Positions 56,070 to 64,000 of a stretch of DNA of 64,000 nt are shown piece after piece. The DNA comes from Thermodesulfobacteriota bacterium (GTDB taxonomy: Bacteria > Desulfobacterota > Desulfobulbia > Desulfobulbales > SURF-16). Below the pieces are notes generated by a model. That model was given only the letters and a program-made list of their open reading frames with translations. It was not told the DNA's origin and searched no databases. Every line of letters begins with the position of its first letter. Positions within the stretch are counted from its first letter, which is position 1. The position numbers and the translations under genes were made by a program. The stretch is from positions 128,001 to 192,000 of the forward strand of contig JBFMAY010000001.1 of the NCBI GenBank assembly GCA_040755455.1, given 5' to 3'.

Positions 56070-56229
56070 ATCTTTTTAGTATTTTTCACTACAAACATGT
56101 ACTGCACACTTTCAATTGGGATAATACACGGCCTGCCTGCAAAAAGCTACATATTTATTTTGCCAAGGGAAATAAGCTCAGCGAACACAAATTTCATCCA
56201 TGGGTCGTCCCATTGATCCGGCGGGCAAT

Positions 56230-58173
56230 TCAGGTGGCCTTCTGCTGGATGATGGGCAGCAGGATGGTGAACGTTGTCCCTTGGCCCGGGCTGCTTGCTA
56301 CTTCGATGCTGCCGCCATGGCGTTTAATGATGCCGTAACTGACGGATAAACCGAGGCCTGTGCCCTTGACGGCCGGTTTGGTCGAGAAAAAAGGTTCGAA
56401 TATCCTGTCCATATCACCCGGGTTGATGCCGACGCCGGTGTCGGCAATATGGATGACGGCCTGCTCGCCCCGTTTTTCCGTGGTGAGTGTGATCTCCCCT
56501 CCCTCCGCGGGCATGGAGGCCTCGGCATTATTGAGCATATTCAGCAGGACCTGTTTGATCTGATCGGCGATGCCTTGAATGGGCGGCAGATCTTCGGCAA
56601 AATATTTCTGCACTCGTATCTTTTTCTGGCTGAATTCCTTTTTGACCAGCAACAGCATGTCCTCGATCGCTTCATGGACATCAAATGTCGTCATGAGGCC
56701 GGTAGTTGGCCGGTTGAAACTCTGCAGATCCTTGGTCAGCTTGGCGATTCGGTCGCATTCCTTGATGGCCAGATTGACCATGTCCCTGTTCTTTTCATCA
56801 AGGGTCTGCCGCTTTCTCAGCCCATCGAGCACGTTGCGTATGCCGTAAATGGGGTTGTTGAACTCATGGGCGATGGAAGCGGACAGCTTGCCGATGGCGC
56901 TCAGTTTTTCCGCATGCAGTAGCTGATTATATGTTTTCTCCAGGGCCTCGCTGCGTTCCGCCACCCTCTCTTCCAGTTTGTCATGGGCCTCCTGCAGGTT
57001 TTCTTCGGCATATTTCCGTTCGGTGATCTCAATCTGCAGTCGCTGGTTGGTCTCGGTCAGCTCTGCCGTGCGTTGGGAAATGGTTGCTTCCAGGCTTGTC
57101 TTGTGCTGCTGCAGCTCTTTTTCCACGTTTTTTCGGGTGTCAATTTCAGCGGTCAGGGAATCATGGATTTTGATCAGCCGTTTCTCCATGCGGCCGATGT
57201 GGAAATAGAAAAGGACAAACAACAGGCTCAACACGGCCATGCAGACGATAACCAGAATGGTTGACACCTGTTGTTTGGCAACATCGTCGGTGAAATCCCT
57301 GATGGCGATGATCTCGCCGATATCCTCGCCGTTCACCTCCTGGAGGGGGCTGAAGCCGCCCCGGTATTTTCTGTCTCCTTCGGTGATGTTGAAGATAAGA
57401 TGTTCTTTTTCGGCATGGGACATCTCCATGTAGTTGTTGATCTCTTTGGGTACGGCATCCATGGTTCTGCCGATGATGACATGCCGGGGTATCTCCTCCC
57501 ACCCGCCATGGCGGCCGGATATTTTCAGCCCTTCTTCCCACAGTTGCCTGTTCAGATGGCGGATATTGACCAGAAAGAAGAAATCATAACCAAGAATGTC
57601 CTTCATGGTCGGGATAATGTATTCTACTTCCCTGCCGAGTTCGATGTAGCCGATCAGTTGATTGTTCACCTGCCAGGGGTGAACGACCCGCAGGGTCAAT
57701 GTGCCGAATGGCCCGAGTTCTATGCCGTAGGAGACAGCCTTTCCTTCCGCGGCCTTTTTCAAGGTGTACCGGTCAATCGCATCGCCATGGCTTGACGGCT
57801 TGTGCACCCGCAGAAAGCAGGTTCTGTCCAGGTTATGAAAGTAGAAGTGGGTAATATGATGCCGGTTTTCAATGTTACGGAAAATGGATTTGGTGCTTTC
57901 ATAGAGAAGCTGACGGTCCCTGGCAAGATAGGCCTGGTAGATCTTTGGGTCGTCCATGACGAAATCAATGAACGTGTTTAAATGCTCCGCCTCATTGCGG
58001 AGAGTGATGGTAAAGAGCTGCTGCACGCTGTTCAACTGCTGCTGGACGTTCTGATCAAACTGATAGCGCTGCAGCCAGTATGCTCCGGAAATGGAGAAGG
58101 CAAGTAGAAAAAGCAGGGCAAAGGCCAGGGGCAGGAGGATGGCTTTGCGTATGTGAATGGTGTAGTTCTTCAT
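56230..58173 (-). CDS. Cache-domain sensor histidine kinase (NtrB-like transmitter)
   Basis: 2 TM, FLRVH.P..HGD Cache motif, AHEFNNP, QVLLNMLNNA, DTGVG, FEPFFSTK, GTGLGL. Confidence 0.92.
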   Translation of the reverse strand: MKNYTIHIRKAILLPLAFALLFLLAFSISGAYWLQRYQFDQNVQQQLNSVQQLFTITLRNEAEHLNTFIDFVMDDPKIYQAYLARDRQLLYESTKSIFRNIENRHHITHFYFHNLDRTCFLRVHKPSSHGDAIDRYTLKKAAEGKAVSYGIELGPFGTLTLRVVHPWQVNNQLIGYIELGREVEYIIPTMKDILGYDFFFLVNIRHLNRQLWEEGLKISGRHGGWEEIPRHVIIGRTMDAVPKEINNYMEMSHAEKEHLIFNITEGDRKYRGGFSPLQEVNGEDIGEIIAIRDFTDDVAKQQVSTILVIVCMAVLSLLFVLFYFHIGRMEKRLIKIHDSLTAEIDTRKNVEKELQQHKTSLEATISQRTAELTETNQRLQIEITERKYAEENLQEAHDKLEERVAERSEALEKTYNQLLHAEKLSAIGKLSASIAHEFNNPIYGIRNVLDGLRKRQTLDEKNRDMVNLAIKECDRIAKLTKDLQSFNRPTTGLMTTFDVHEAIEDMLLLVKKEFSQKKIRVQKYFAEDLPPIQGIADQIKQVLLNMLNNAEASMPAEGGEITLTTEKRGEQAVIHIADTGVGINPGDMDRIFEPFFSTKPAVKGTGLGLSVSYGIIKRHGGSIEVASSPGQGTTFTILLPIIQQKAT

Positions 58174-58490
58174 AACGTCTGGTGTTGCTCCGCAGTAATC
58201 CGGTCTGCATCCTGGGCGGACAGGAATTGTGGTCAGCGGGTAACGGGCTCGTTTACAAAGCAACCGCGGTGGTTCGGTAAAAGAAATGATAGGTATTTAC
58301 CATATATCAACAGGAAGGAGGAATTTTTTTTGGATTTTTACCGGAAACCAGGCAGCGGCCAGGGTTGGCAACGTGACGGAGCGCGAAACCGGGAATTTTC
58401 CAGGAGGGGGGGCAGCAATAAATGTAGAACCGGTAAGGAGCTTTGCGCCTTGGCCAGGGCATGGTGAAGGCTAATCCGCCACAATAACTA

Positions 58491-59687
58491 TCACGCCGGC
58501 TGCTCCTGCTGCGGGCTGACTTGGTGCGGCAGTTTCTGCTGCACCGCCTCCATCAGTTCATGGGCTTCCGCGAAGTCCGGATAAAGACGGATGGTTTTTT
58601 TCAGATAGGATTCGGCGGTATCGTACTGCTTCTGCAGAAAGAGCAGGCTGGCCAGGTTGTAGTTGACCGTCTTGTTCTGCGGGTCAAGCTTCAGGCAGTT
58701 CATATAAAAGTACTTTGCCTTGTCGAAATCCTTCTTTTTCCTGGAACGCAGACCGAGCTTGTTTAAGAAATGGATTGTTTTTTCGATATTGTCATCCTGG
58801 ATTTTCCTGCCGAAGAGGAGATCGGCCTCATCAACCAGGCCGGCCTCGATATAACCATCGAGCACCTCTTTGATCTGATCGGCGTTGTACTTGGCAAGCT
58901 GCTGGGCGTCATCAAGATGCTGCTGGGCCCTGGCGATATTACCTGATCGGGTGCAGGCCCGGGCAAGGCCGATGTGGACGTCAAAGATGTCCGGCAGAAT
59001 GTCGGTTACTTTCTGCAGGTAGTAGGCGAGATTGACATAGTCCTCGCTGGCTTGGTAGATTTCGGCAAGGGCAAGCAGGGCGCTGATAAACTGCTGTTCG
59101 ATGACCAGGGATTTCTTGAAATTCAGTTCGGCATTTTTCCCGTTGCCGAGCTGCTGGTGGATCAAGCCGAGATAATAATAGGGCAGGGCGCTGTCGATGC
59201 GGGCCTGGCTGGCCGCCGCAAAATATTCCAGGGCCTTGTCATACTCCTTGTTTAAGAAAAAATATTTGCCGTTGCTGATCGCCTTGTCGTATTCGGAGGG
59301 ATAATTCCGGTGAGCAATGACCTTTTTCAGTAGGTCTTCCAACTGGTTGATGTTGGGCGGCTTGATGATGTAGTAATCCACCTCCGCCTGCACGCTGCGC
59401 ATGAGATCGCCCCGTTTGTCGGCGCCGGTGATCATGATGAAGGGAAGATCGTAGAATTTCCTTGTCTGGCGGATGAGGCGGAGAAGTTCGATGCCGTTCA
59501 TTTCCGGCATCAGGTAATCACAGAGCACAACCTCAACATCCTCTTCCTGGATCCTCTCCCAGGCCTTCAGGCCGTTGACCGCGCTGCAATAATTATGGTA
59601 GCCAAGTTCGATGAGCATTGATTCAAGCATTTTTCGCATTGACTGGTTGTCTTCAACGATGAGGATATTGCTGTTTTTGTTCTTCAT
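58491..59687 (-). CDS. Response regulator with TPR repeats
   Basis: IVEDN, CDYLMPEMNG, IKP, then multiple TPR-like helical pairs. Confidence 0.9.
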   Translation of the reverse strand: MKNKNSNILIVEDNQSMRKMLESMLIELGYHNYCSAVNGLKAWERIQEEDVEVVLCDYLMPEMNGIELLRLIRQTRKFYDLPFIMITGADKRGDLMRSVQAEVDYYIIKPPNINQLEDLLKKVIAHRNYPSEYDKAISNGKYFFLNKEYDKALEYFAAASQARIDSALPYYYLGLIHQQLGNGKNAELNFKKSLVIEQQFISALLALAEIYQASEDYVNLAYYLQKVTDILPDIFDVHIGLARACTRSGNIARAQQHLDDAQQLAKYNADQIKEVLDGYIEAGLVDEADLLFGRKIQDDNIEKTIHFLNKLGLRSRKKKDFDKAKYFYMNCLKLDPQNKTVNYNLASLLFLQKQYDTAESYLKKTIRLYPDFAEAHELMEAVQQKLPHQVSPQQEQPA

Positions 59688-59942
59688 GGCGGATCAGTCC
59701 TTCGCTGTGTTTTCTGCAAGCATCATAGATATATAATGCAGCCATTACCCATGATACGCAAGGGGAAAAGCGATTTTGCGGAATTTGGCCGGCCGGATAA
59801 ATGGCAAATTCGCGCGGGCTTGCGTTGCATTCCTTAACGGATTGAGCTTAGATAAAGTAAAGCAAGCGGAAAATTTTTCTTACAAGCAGCGCTAACTCCC
59901 TGCCGGACAGGAGACGCAGCGGCAGACCCGGTTACCAGAAAA

Positions 59943-62852
59943 ATGCCTATTAAAAAAAGATTTCTCGTCATCCCCCTGATTATCTTCCTCACCGCCTATC
60001 TGCCGTATCTGCTCTACCGTGAGGTCAAACAGATAACCATCGACGAGTTTGCGGCCCAGCAGATGGTGTATGCCAGACAGGCAGCCAGAACTATTGAAAA
60101 TCTCCTGAACCGTTTTGCCAACGAGCTTTCCTATATTGCCAGCATAGACGACATCATCCGCATGGGTCCGGAAGGAGAGGAGCTGATGCGGAAATATTAT
60201 GCCAAGAACGGGAAGGATATTCTGGCCATTACCCGGGTGGACGGCACGGGACGCATTATCTATACCGAACCTTACAACAGCAAGGCCATCGGCGCGGATA
60301 TCTCATCCCAGCCCCATGTTGCCCGGATCATGCAGACCCATGCGCCGGTGATCAGTGACGTGTTCACCGCCGTGCAGGGACATCGCTGTATCGCCTACCA
60401 CGTTCCGGTCATGGCGGGTGCTGTCTACGAAGGCAGTATCGCCATTCTGATCCCGTTCAGCCGGATGGCGGATGAGTCTCTGGCCGCAATCAATACACGG
60501 GAATCCGGGCATATCCTGATGATCGGCAGGGATGGCATAGTGCTCTATGCAGACCATCCGGAACAGATAGGGGAAATGAGCATTGAACTTTACCGCCAGT
60601 CTCCTTCCGCCCTTGCTCTGATCAGGCAGATGATGGAAGGTGGAGAGGGGCGGGCGTCTTTAAGTTTTGCCACGGGCAAGGCGGCCGGCAGGGGAGAGGT
60701 CAGTCATGCCGTCTACAGCCCGATCAGATTCGGCGCAGGGTTTGGGTCCATTGCCGTTGTCACCCCTGAGCAGGAGGTGCTTGCCACCATGCGGGGCTTC
60801 AAGAACAAGTGGTTTCTGCTGCTTGTCGTTTTGGTGGCCGCGACCGTTGTCACTTCCTATTTCATTTTCCGCTCATGGGTGGCTGGCAAGGAGGAGGAGA
60901 AAAGAAGAAGGGCGGAAGAGGCGCTGCGGGAGAGTGAAAGAAACTACCGGGTTCTGGTGGAGAGCGCCAACAGCATCGTCCTCAAATGGGATACCACTGG
61001 CAATATCACCTATCTCAATCCCTTTGGTCTGCAATTTTTCGGTTTCAGCTGGGAGGAGATTCTCGGCAGAAACGTCATGGGCACCATTGTCCCCGAGACG
61101 GAGAGCACGGGCCGAGATCTCAAGTATATGATAGATGATATTATGGTCAATCCGCTGAAATACAAGAATAATTTCAACCAGAACATGAAAAAATCCGGCG
61201 AACGGGTCTGGATATCATGGACCAATGAGCCCATTGTCGACGCGGGTGGCAATTTTATTGAGATCCAGAGTATCGGCAATGACCTGACCGCCCTGAAAAA
61301 TGCGGAAGCAGCCATCAAGGAGAGTGAACGGAAGTACAAGATGGTGGCTGACGCCACCTCGGACATTATTTACGAATATCAGGTGAGTGAAGAGCGGTTG
61401 ACCTATGTTTCGCCCAACTGCGGGGATATTCTCGGCTATGACGCCGATGAACTGATGGGGCGCCAGGGCTTTCTTGAAACGGTTGTCTGCCCGGAAGACG
61501 TGCAGACCGTTCACAAAAAGAGGCAGCAGGCCTTTAAGGATAATAAGGCCAAGATGGCACTGGAATATGGCGTGGTCTGCAGGGACGGCGGCAGGAAATT
61601 CGTGGCCGACCACAGTACCCTGCAGCGCGATGAGAGCGGCAGGGTGGTCAGCATGACCGGGTCCATCAAGGATATCTCCAATCAGAAGGAATTAGAGGAG
61701 AAGCTGCACCGGGCGGAGAAGATGGAGGCCATCGGCACCCTGGCCGGAGGTGTGGCCCATGATCTCAATAACATCCTTTCCGGCCTGGTCAGTTTCCCCG
61801 ATCTGTTGCTGATGAGTCTGCCGGCGGACAGCCCGCTCAGGAAGACGGCCCTGACCATCAAAAAATCCGGGGAAAAGGCGGCGGCAATTGTCAATGACCT
61901 GCTGACCCTGGCCCGCAGGGGTGTTCCGGTTACCGAAATAATCAACCTCAATGTCATAATCAATGAATTCATCCAGTCTCCGGAGTTCGAGACCCTGCAG
62001 GCCCTGCATGGGCATGTCCGGCTTGAGCTGCAGCTTGACAGGGAGCTGCTCAATATTGCCGGCTCTCCGGTCCATCTGACCAAAACCATTATGAATCTGG
62101 TGGCCAATGCCTTTGAGTCCATGCCCGGCGGCGGGGAAATCCGCATCATCACCGAGAACAGATATGTGGACAAGCCGGTGCTGGGCTATGATGACGTGCA
62201 GGAAGGTGATTATGTGACCGTTACCGTCTCGGATACCGGTCATGGCATAACCCCCGAGGACCGGGAAAGGATTTTCGAGCCCTTCTATACGAAAAAGGTC
62301 ATGGGCCGCAGCGGAACAGGGCTCGGGCTGGCGGTGGTGTGGGGCACGGTGAAGGATCACCATGGTTATATCGATGTTCGGTCAAGCCAGGGAAAGGGGG
62401 CGAGCTTTATCCTCTATTTCCCCGTGTCCCGCGAGCTTTTGCAGAACAAGGTGGAGGAGATGTTCACCGTTGAGCAATACCGGGGCACAGGCGAGTCGAT
62501 ACTGGTCGTCGATGATGTGAGCGAGCAGAGGGAGCTTGCCACGCAGATGCTGGCCCATATGGGATATCGGGTGGAATCGGCGGCCAGCGGTGAAGAGGCG
62601 GTTGCCCTGCTGGCCGGTAGGGAGTTCGACCTGCTGGTGCTGGATATGATCATGACGCCCGGCATGGATGGCCTTGACACCTATAAGGCGGTGCTGGGCG
62701 TCAGACCCCAGCAGAAGGCCATCATCGCCAGCGGTTACTCGGAAACGGAGCGGGTGCATGAGGCGCAGGTGCTGGGCGCCGGCCAGTACCTGCGAAAGCC
62801 TTACACCCTGGAGAAACTGGTCCGGGCTGTACGGGGCGAGCTGCGCCGGTGA
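59943..62852 (+). CDS. Hybrid histidine kinase (dCache-PAS-PAS-HisKA-HATPase-REC)
   Basis: 2 TM, two PAS, AHDLNNILS, FEPFYTKK.MGRSGTGLGL, C-terminal REC LDMIM.PG.DG. Confidence 0.93.
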   Translation: MPIKKRFLVIPLIIFLTAYLPYLLYREVKQITIDEFAAQQMVYARQAARTIENLLNRFANELSYIASIDDIIRMGPEGEELMRKYYAKNGKDILAITRVDGTGRIIYTEPYNSKAIGADISSQPHVARIMQTHAPVISDVFTAVQGHRCIAYHVPVMAGAVYEGSIAILIPFSRMADESLAAINTRESGHILMIGRDGIVLYADHPEQIGEMSIELYRQSPSALALIRQMMEGGEGRASLSFATGKAAGRGEVSHAVYSPIRFGAGFGSIAVVTPEQEVLATMRGFKNKWFLLLVVLVAATVVTSYFIFRSWVAGKEEEKRRRAEEALRESERNYRVLVESANSIVLKWDTTGNITYLNPFGLQFFGFSWEEILGRNVMGTIVPETESTGRDLKYMIDDIMVNPLKYKNNFNQNMKKSGERVWISWTNEPIVDAGGNFIEIQSIGNDLTALKNAEAAIKESERKYKMVADATSDIIYEYQVSEERLTYVSPNCGDILGYDADELMGRQGFLETVVCPEDVQTVHKKRQQAFKDNKAKMALEYGVVCRDGGRKFVADHSTLQRDESGRVVSMTGSIKDISNQKELEEKLHRAEKMEAIGTLAGGVAHDLNNILSGLVSFPDLLLMSLPADSPLRKTALTIKKSGEKAAAIVNDLLTLARRGVPVTEIINLNVIINEFIQSPEFETLQALHGHVRLELQLDRELLNIAGSPVHLTKTIMNLVANAFESMPGGGEIRIITENRYVDKPVLGYDDVQEGDYVTVTVSDTGHGITPEDRERIFEPFYTKKVMGRSGTGLGLAVVWGTVKDHHGYIDVRSSQGKGASFILYFPVSRELLQNKVEEMFTVEQYRGTGESILVVDDVSEQRELATQMLAHMGYRVESAASGEEAVALLAGREFDLLVLDMIMTPGMDGLDTYKAVLGVRPQQKAIIASGYSETERVHEAQVLGAGQYLRKPYTLEKLVRAVRGELRR

Positions 62853-62896
62853 GCGTGAATGCCTGAACTCTCTTTCACGGCTGGGGCGGCGCGCGG

Positions 62897-64000
62897 CTAT
62901 TCCAGCTGCCGGGCCAGCCGCGCACCCTCCTCCTCGTTGACCAGGCAGAGAAGAGCCGCCCCGCAGACAAACAGGCCGATAATGGCCAGCAGGGAAAGCC
63001 GGGGACTGCCGGTGAGCATGCCGACCAGGCCCATGAGCAGCGGGCCGATCACAGCGGCAAACTTGCCGAGCATGTTGTAGAAGCCGAAAAATTCCGCTGA
63101 CTTGTCAACAGGAATCAGCCGGGAGTAAAGCGACCGGCTGAGGGACTGCACCCCGCCCTGCACCAGGCCGATGGCCACGGCCAGCAGATAGAATTCGTTG
63201 ATCGTCTCCATGAACATGGCCCATACCGTCACCAGCACGTAGATGCCGATGCCCAGCAGGATAGCCTTTTTGGTCCCCATCTTTTCCCCCAGCCGGCCGA
63301 ATACCAGGGCGGCTGGAAAGCCGACAAACTGGGTGATGAGCAGGGCGACAATCAGGCCGCTGGAAGCAAAACCAAGGGCCAGGCCGTAATCAACCGCCAT
63401 GCGGATAATGGTGTCAAGCGCGTCAATATACAGCCAGTAGCCGGCCAGAAAGAGCAGGACCACCCGCAGCCTGCGTATTTCTTTAAACGTGGTGAAAAGC
63501 TGCCGGAAGCCGGCGGCCACCATGCCCTGCCGCACCGGCCGGGCAGGTGAGGCGGGTTCCTGCACCCACAGCAGGATCGGCAGGGAAAAGACGGCCCACC
63601 AGGCGGCCACGGTGAGAAAGGAGACACGTACCGCCGCACCGGCATCGGCAAGTCCGAAGAGGGAAGGCCTGAGGGTCATGACCACATTGCCGGCAAACAG
63701 CAGTCCGCCGCCCAGATAGCCCAGGGCGAAACCCAGGGCTGACACCCGGTCGGAGCTGGCCGGAGAGGCCACACTGACCAGCAGGGAGTCGTAAAAGATA
63801 TTGCCCCCGGAAAAACCGATAATGCCGAAGATATAGAGCAGGGAGGCCATGAGCCAGGCCCCCTGGGGGGCGGTGTACAGGCCGGCGCTCATCATGACGC
63901 CGAGCATGGCGAAAAAAAACAGGAATTTCTTTTTTGCCCCGGCCTGATCGGCCATGGCGCCGAGCAGCGGGGCGAGAAAGATGACCACCAGGCTGCCGGT
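62897..64000 (-). CDS. MFS transporter (UMF1/ATG22-like), 5'-truncated by the window edge
   Basis: APLLGAMAD, NIFYDSLL, S.LGFALGYLGG, QSLSRS, EFFGFY..GK...GP. Confidence 0.9.
   Translation of the reverse strand, partial: TGSLVVIFLAPLLGAMADQAGAKKKFLFFFAMLGVMMSAGLYTAPQGAWLMASLLYIFGIIGFSGGNIFYDSLLVSVASPASSDRVSALGFALGYLGGGLLFAGNVVMTLRPSLFGLADAGAAVRVSFLTVAAWWAVFSLPILLWVQEPASPARPVRQGMVAAGFRQLFTTFKEIRRLRVVLLFLAGYWLYIDALDTIIRMAVDYGLALGFASSGLIVALLITQFVGFPAALVFGRLGEKMGTKKAILLGIGIYVLVTVWAMFMETINEFYLLAVAIGLVQGGVQSLSRSLYSRLIPVDKSAEFFGFYNMLGKFAAVIGPLLMGLVGMLTGSPRLSLLAIIGLFVCGAALLCLVNEEEGARLARQLE

Noticed and set aside
59850..59942. c-di-GMP-I riboswitch upstream of the last hybrid kinase
   Set aside because: Only a GGTTACC fragment resembles the motif; the GGCAAA/GNRA-tetraloop/GCAAA core could not be found.

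Overview
A 64 kb GC-rich bacterial chromosomal segment. Gene content and protein style suggest a Desulfobulbales-like deltaproteobacterium (inference). Signal transduction dominates: 6 histidine kinases (5 hybrid), 2 stand-alone response regulators, 3 diguanylate cyclases, 1 GGDEF-EAL protein, 1 PilZ protein, 1 heme-c MCP and 1 sensor with no output domain. Also present: a split pqiA/letA pair with a 7-MCE letB, trkH-trkA, a YhaO/YhaN (Mre11/Rad50-like) pair, a sigma54-type zraP-like gene, SulP, a cold-shock locus with two small companion genes, and an MFS transporter. No rRNA, tRNA, CRISPR array or transposase was recognised. The main leads are: (1) a ~60-bp imperfect hairpin element in three intergenic copies, two in tandem, all oriented sense to the downstream gene; (2) a soluble ClpB-D2/FtsH-M41 fusion with both AAA modules degenerate but an intact zinc protease site; (3) a B12 radical SAM enzyme fused to a trigger-factor-like FKBP domain; (4) an acuABC-like cluster built around a CoA-transferase-GNAT fusion. 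All calls come from reading motifs by eye; no database searches were run.
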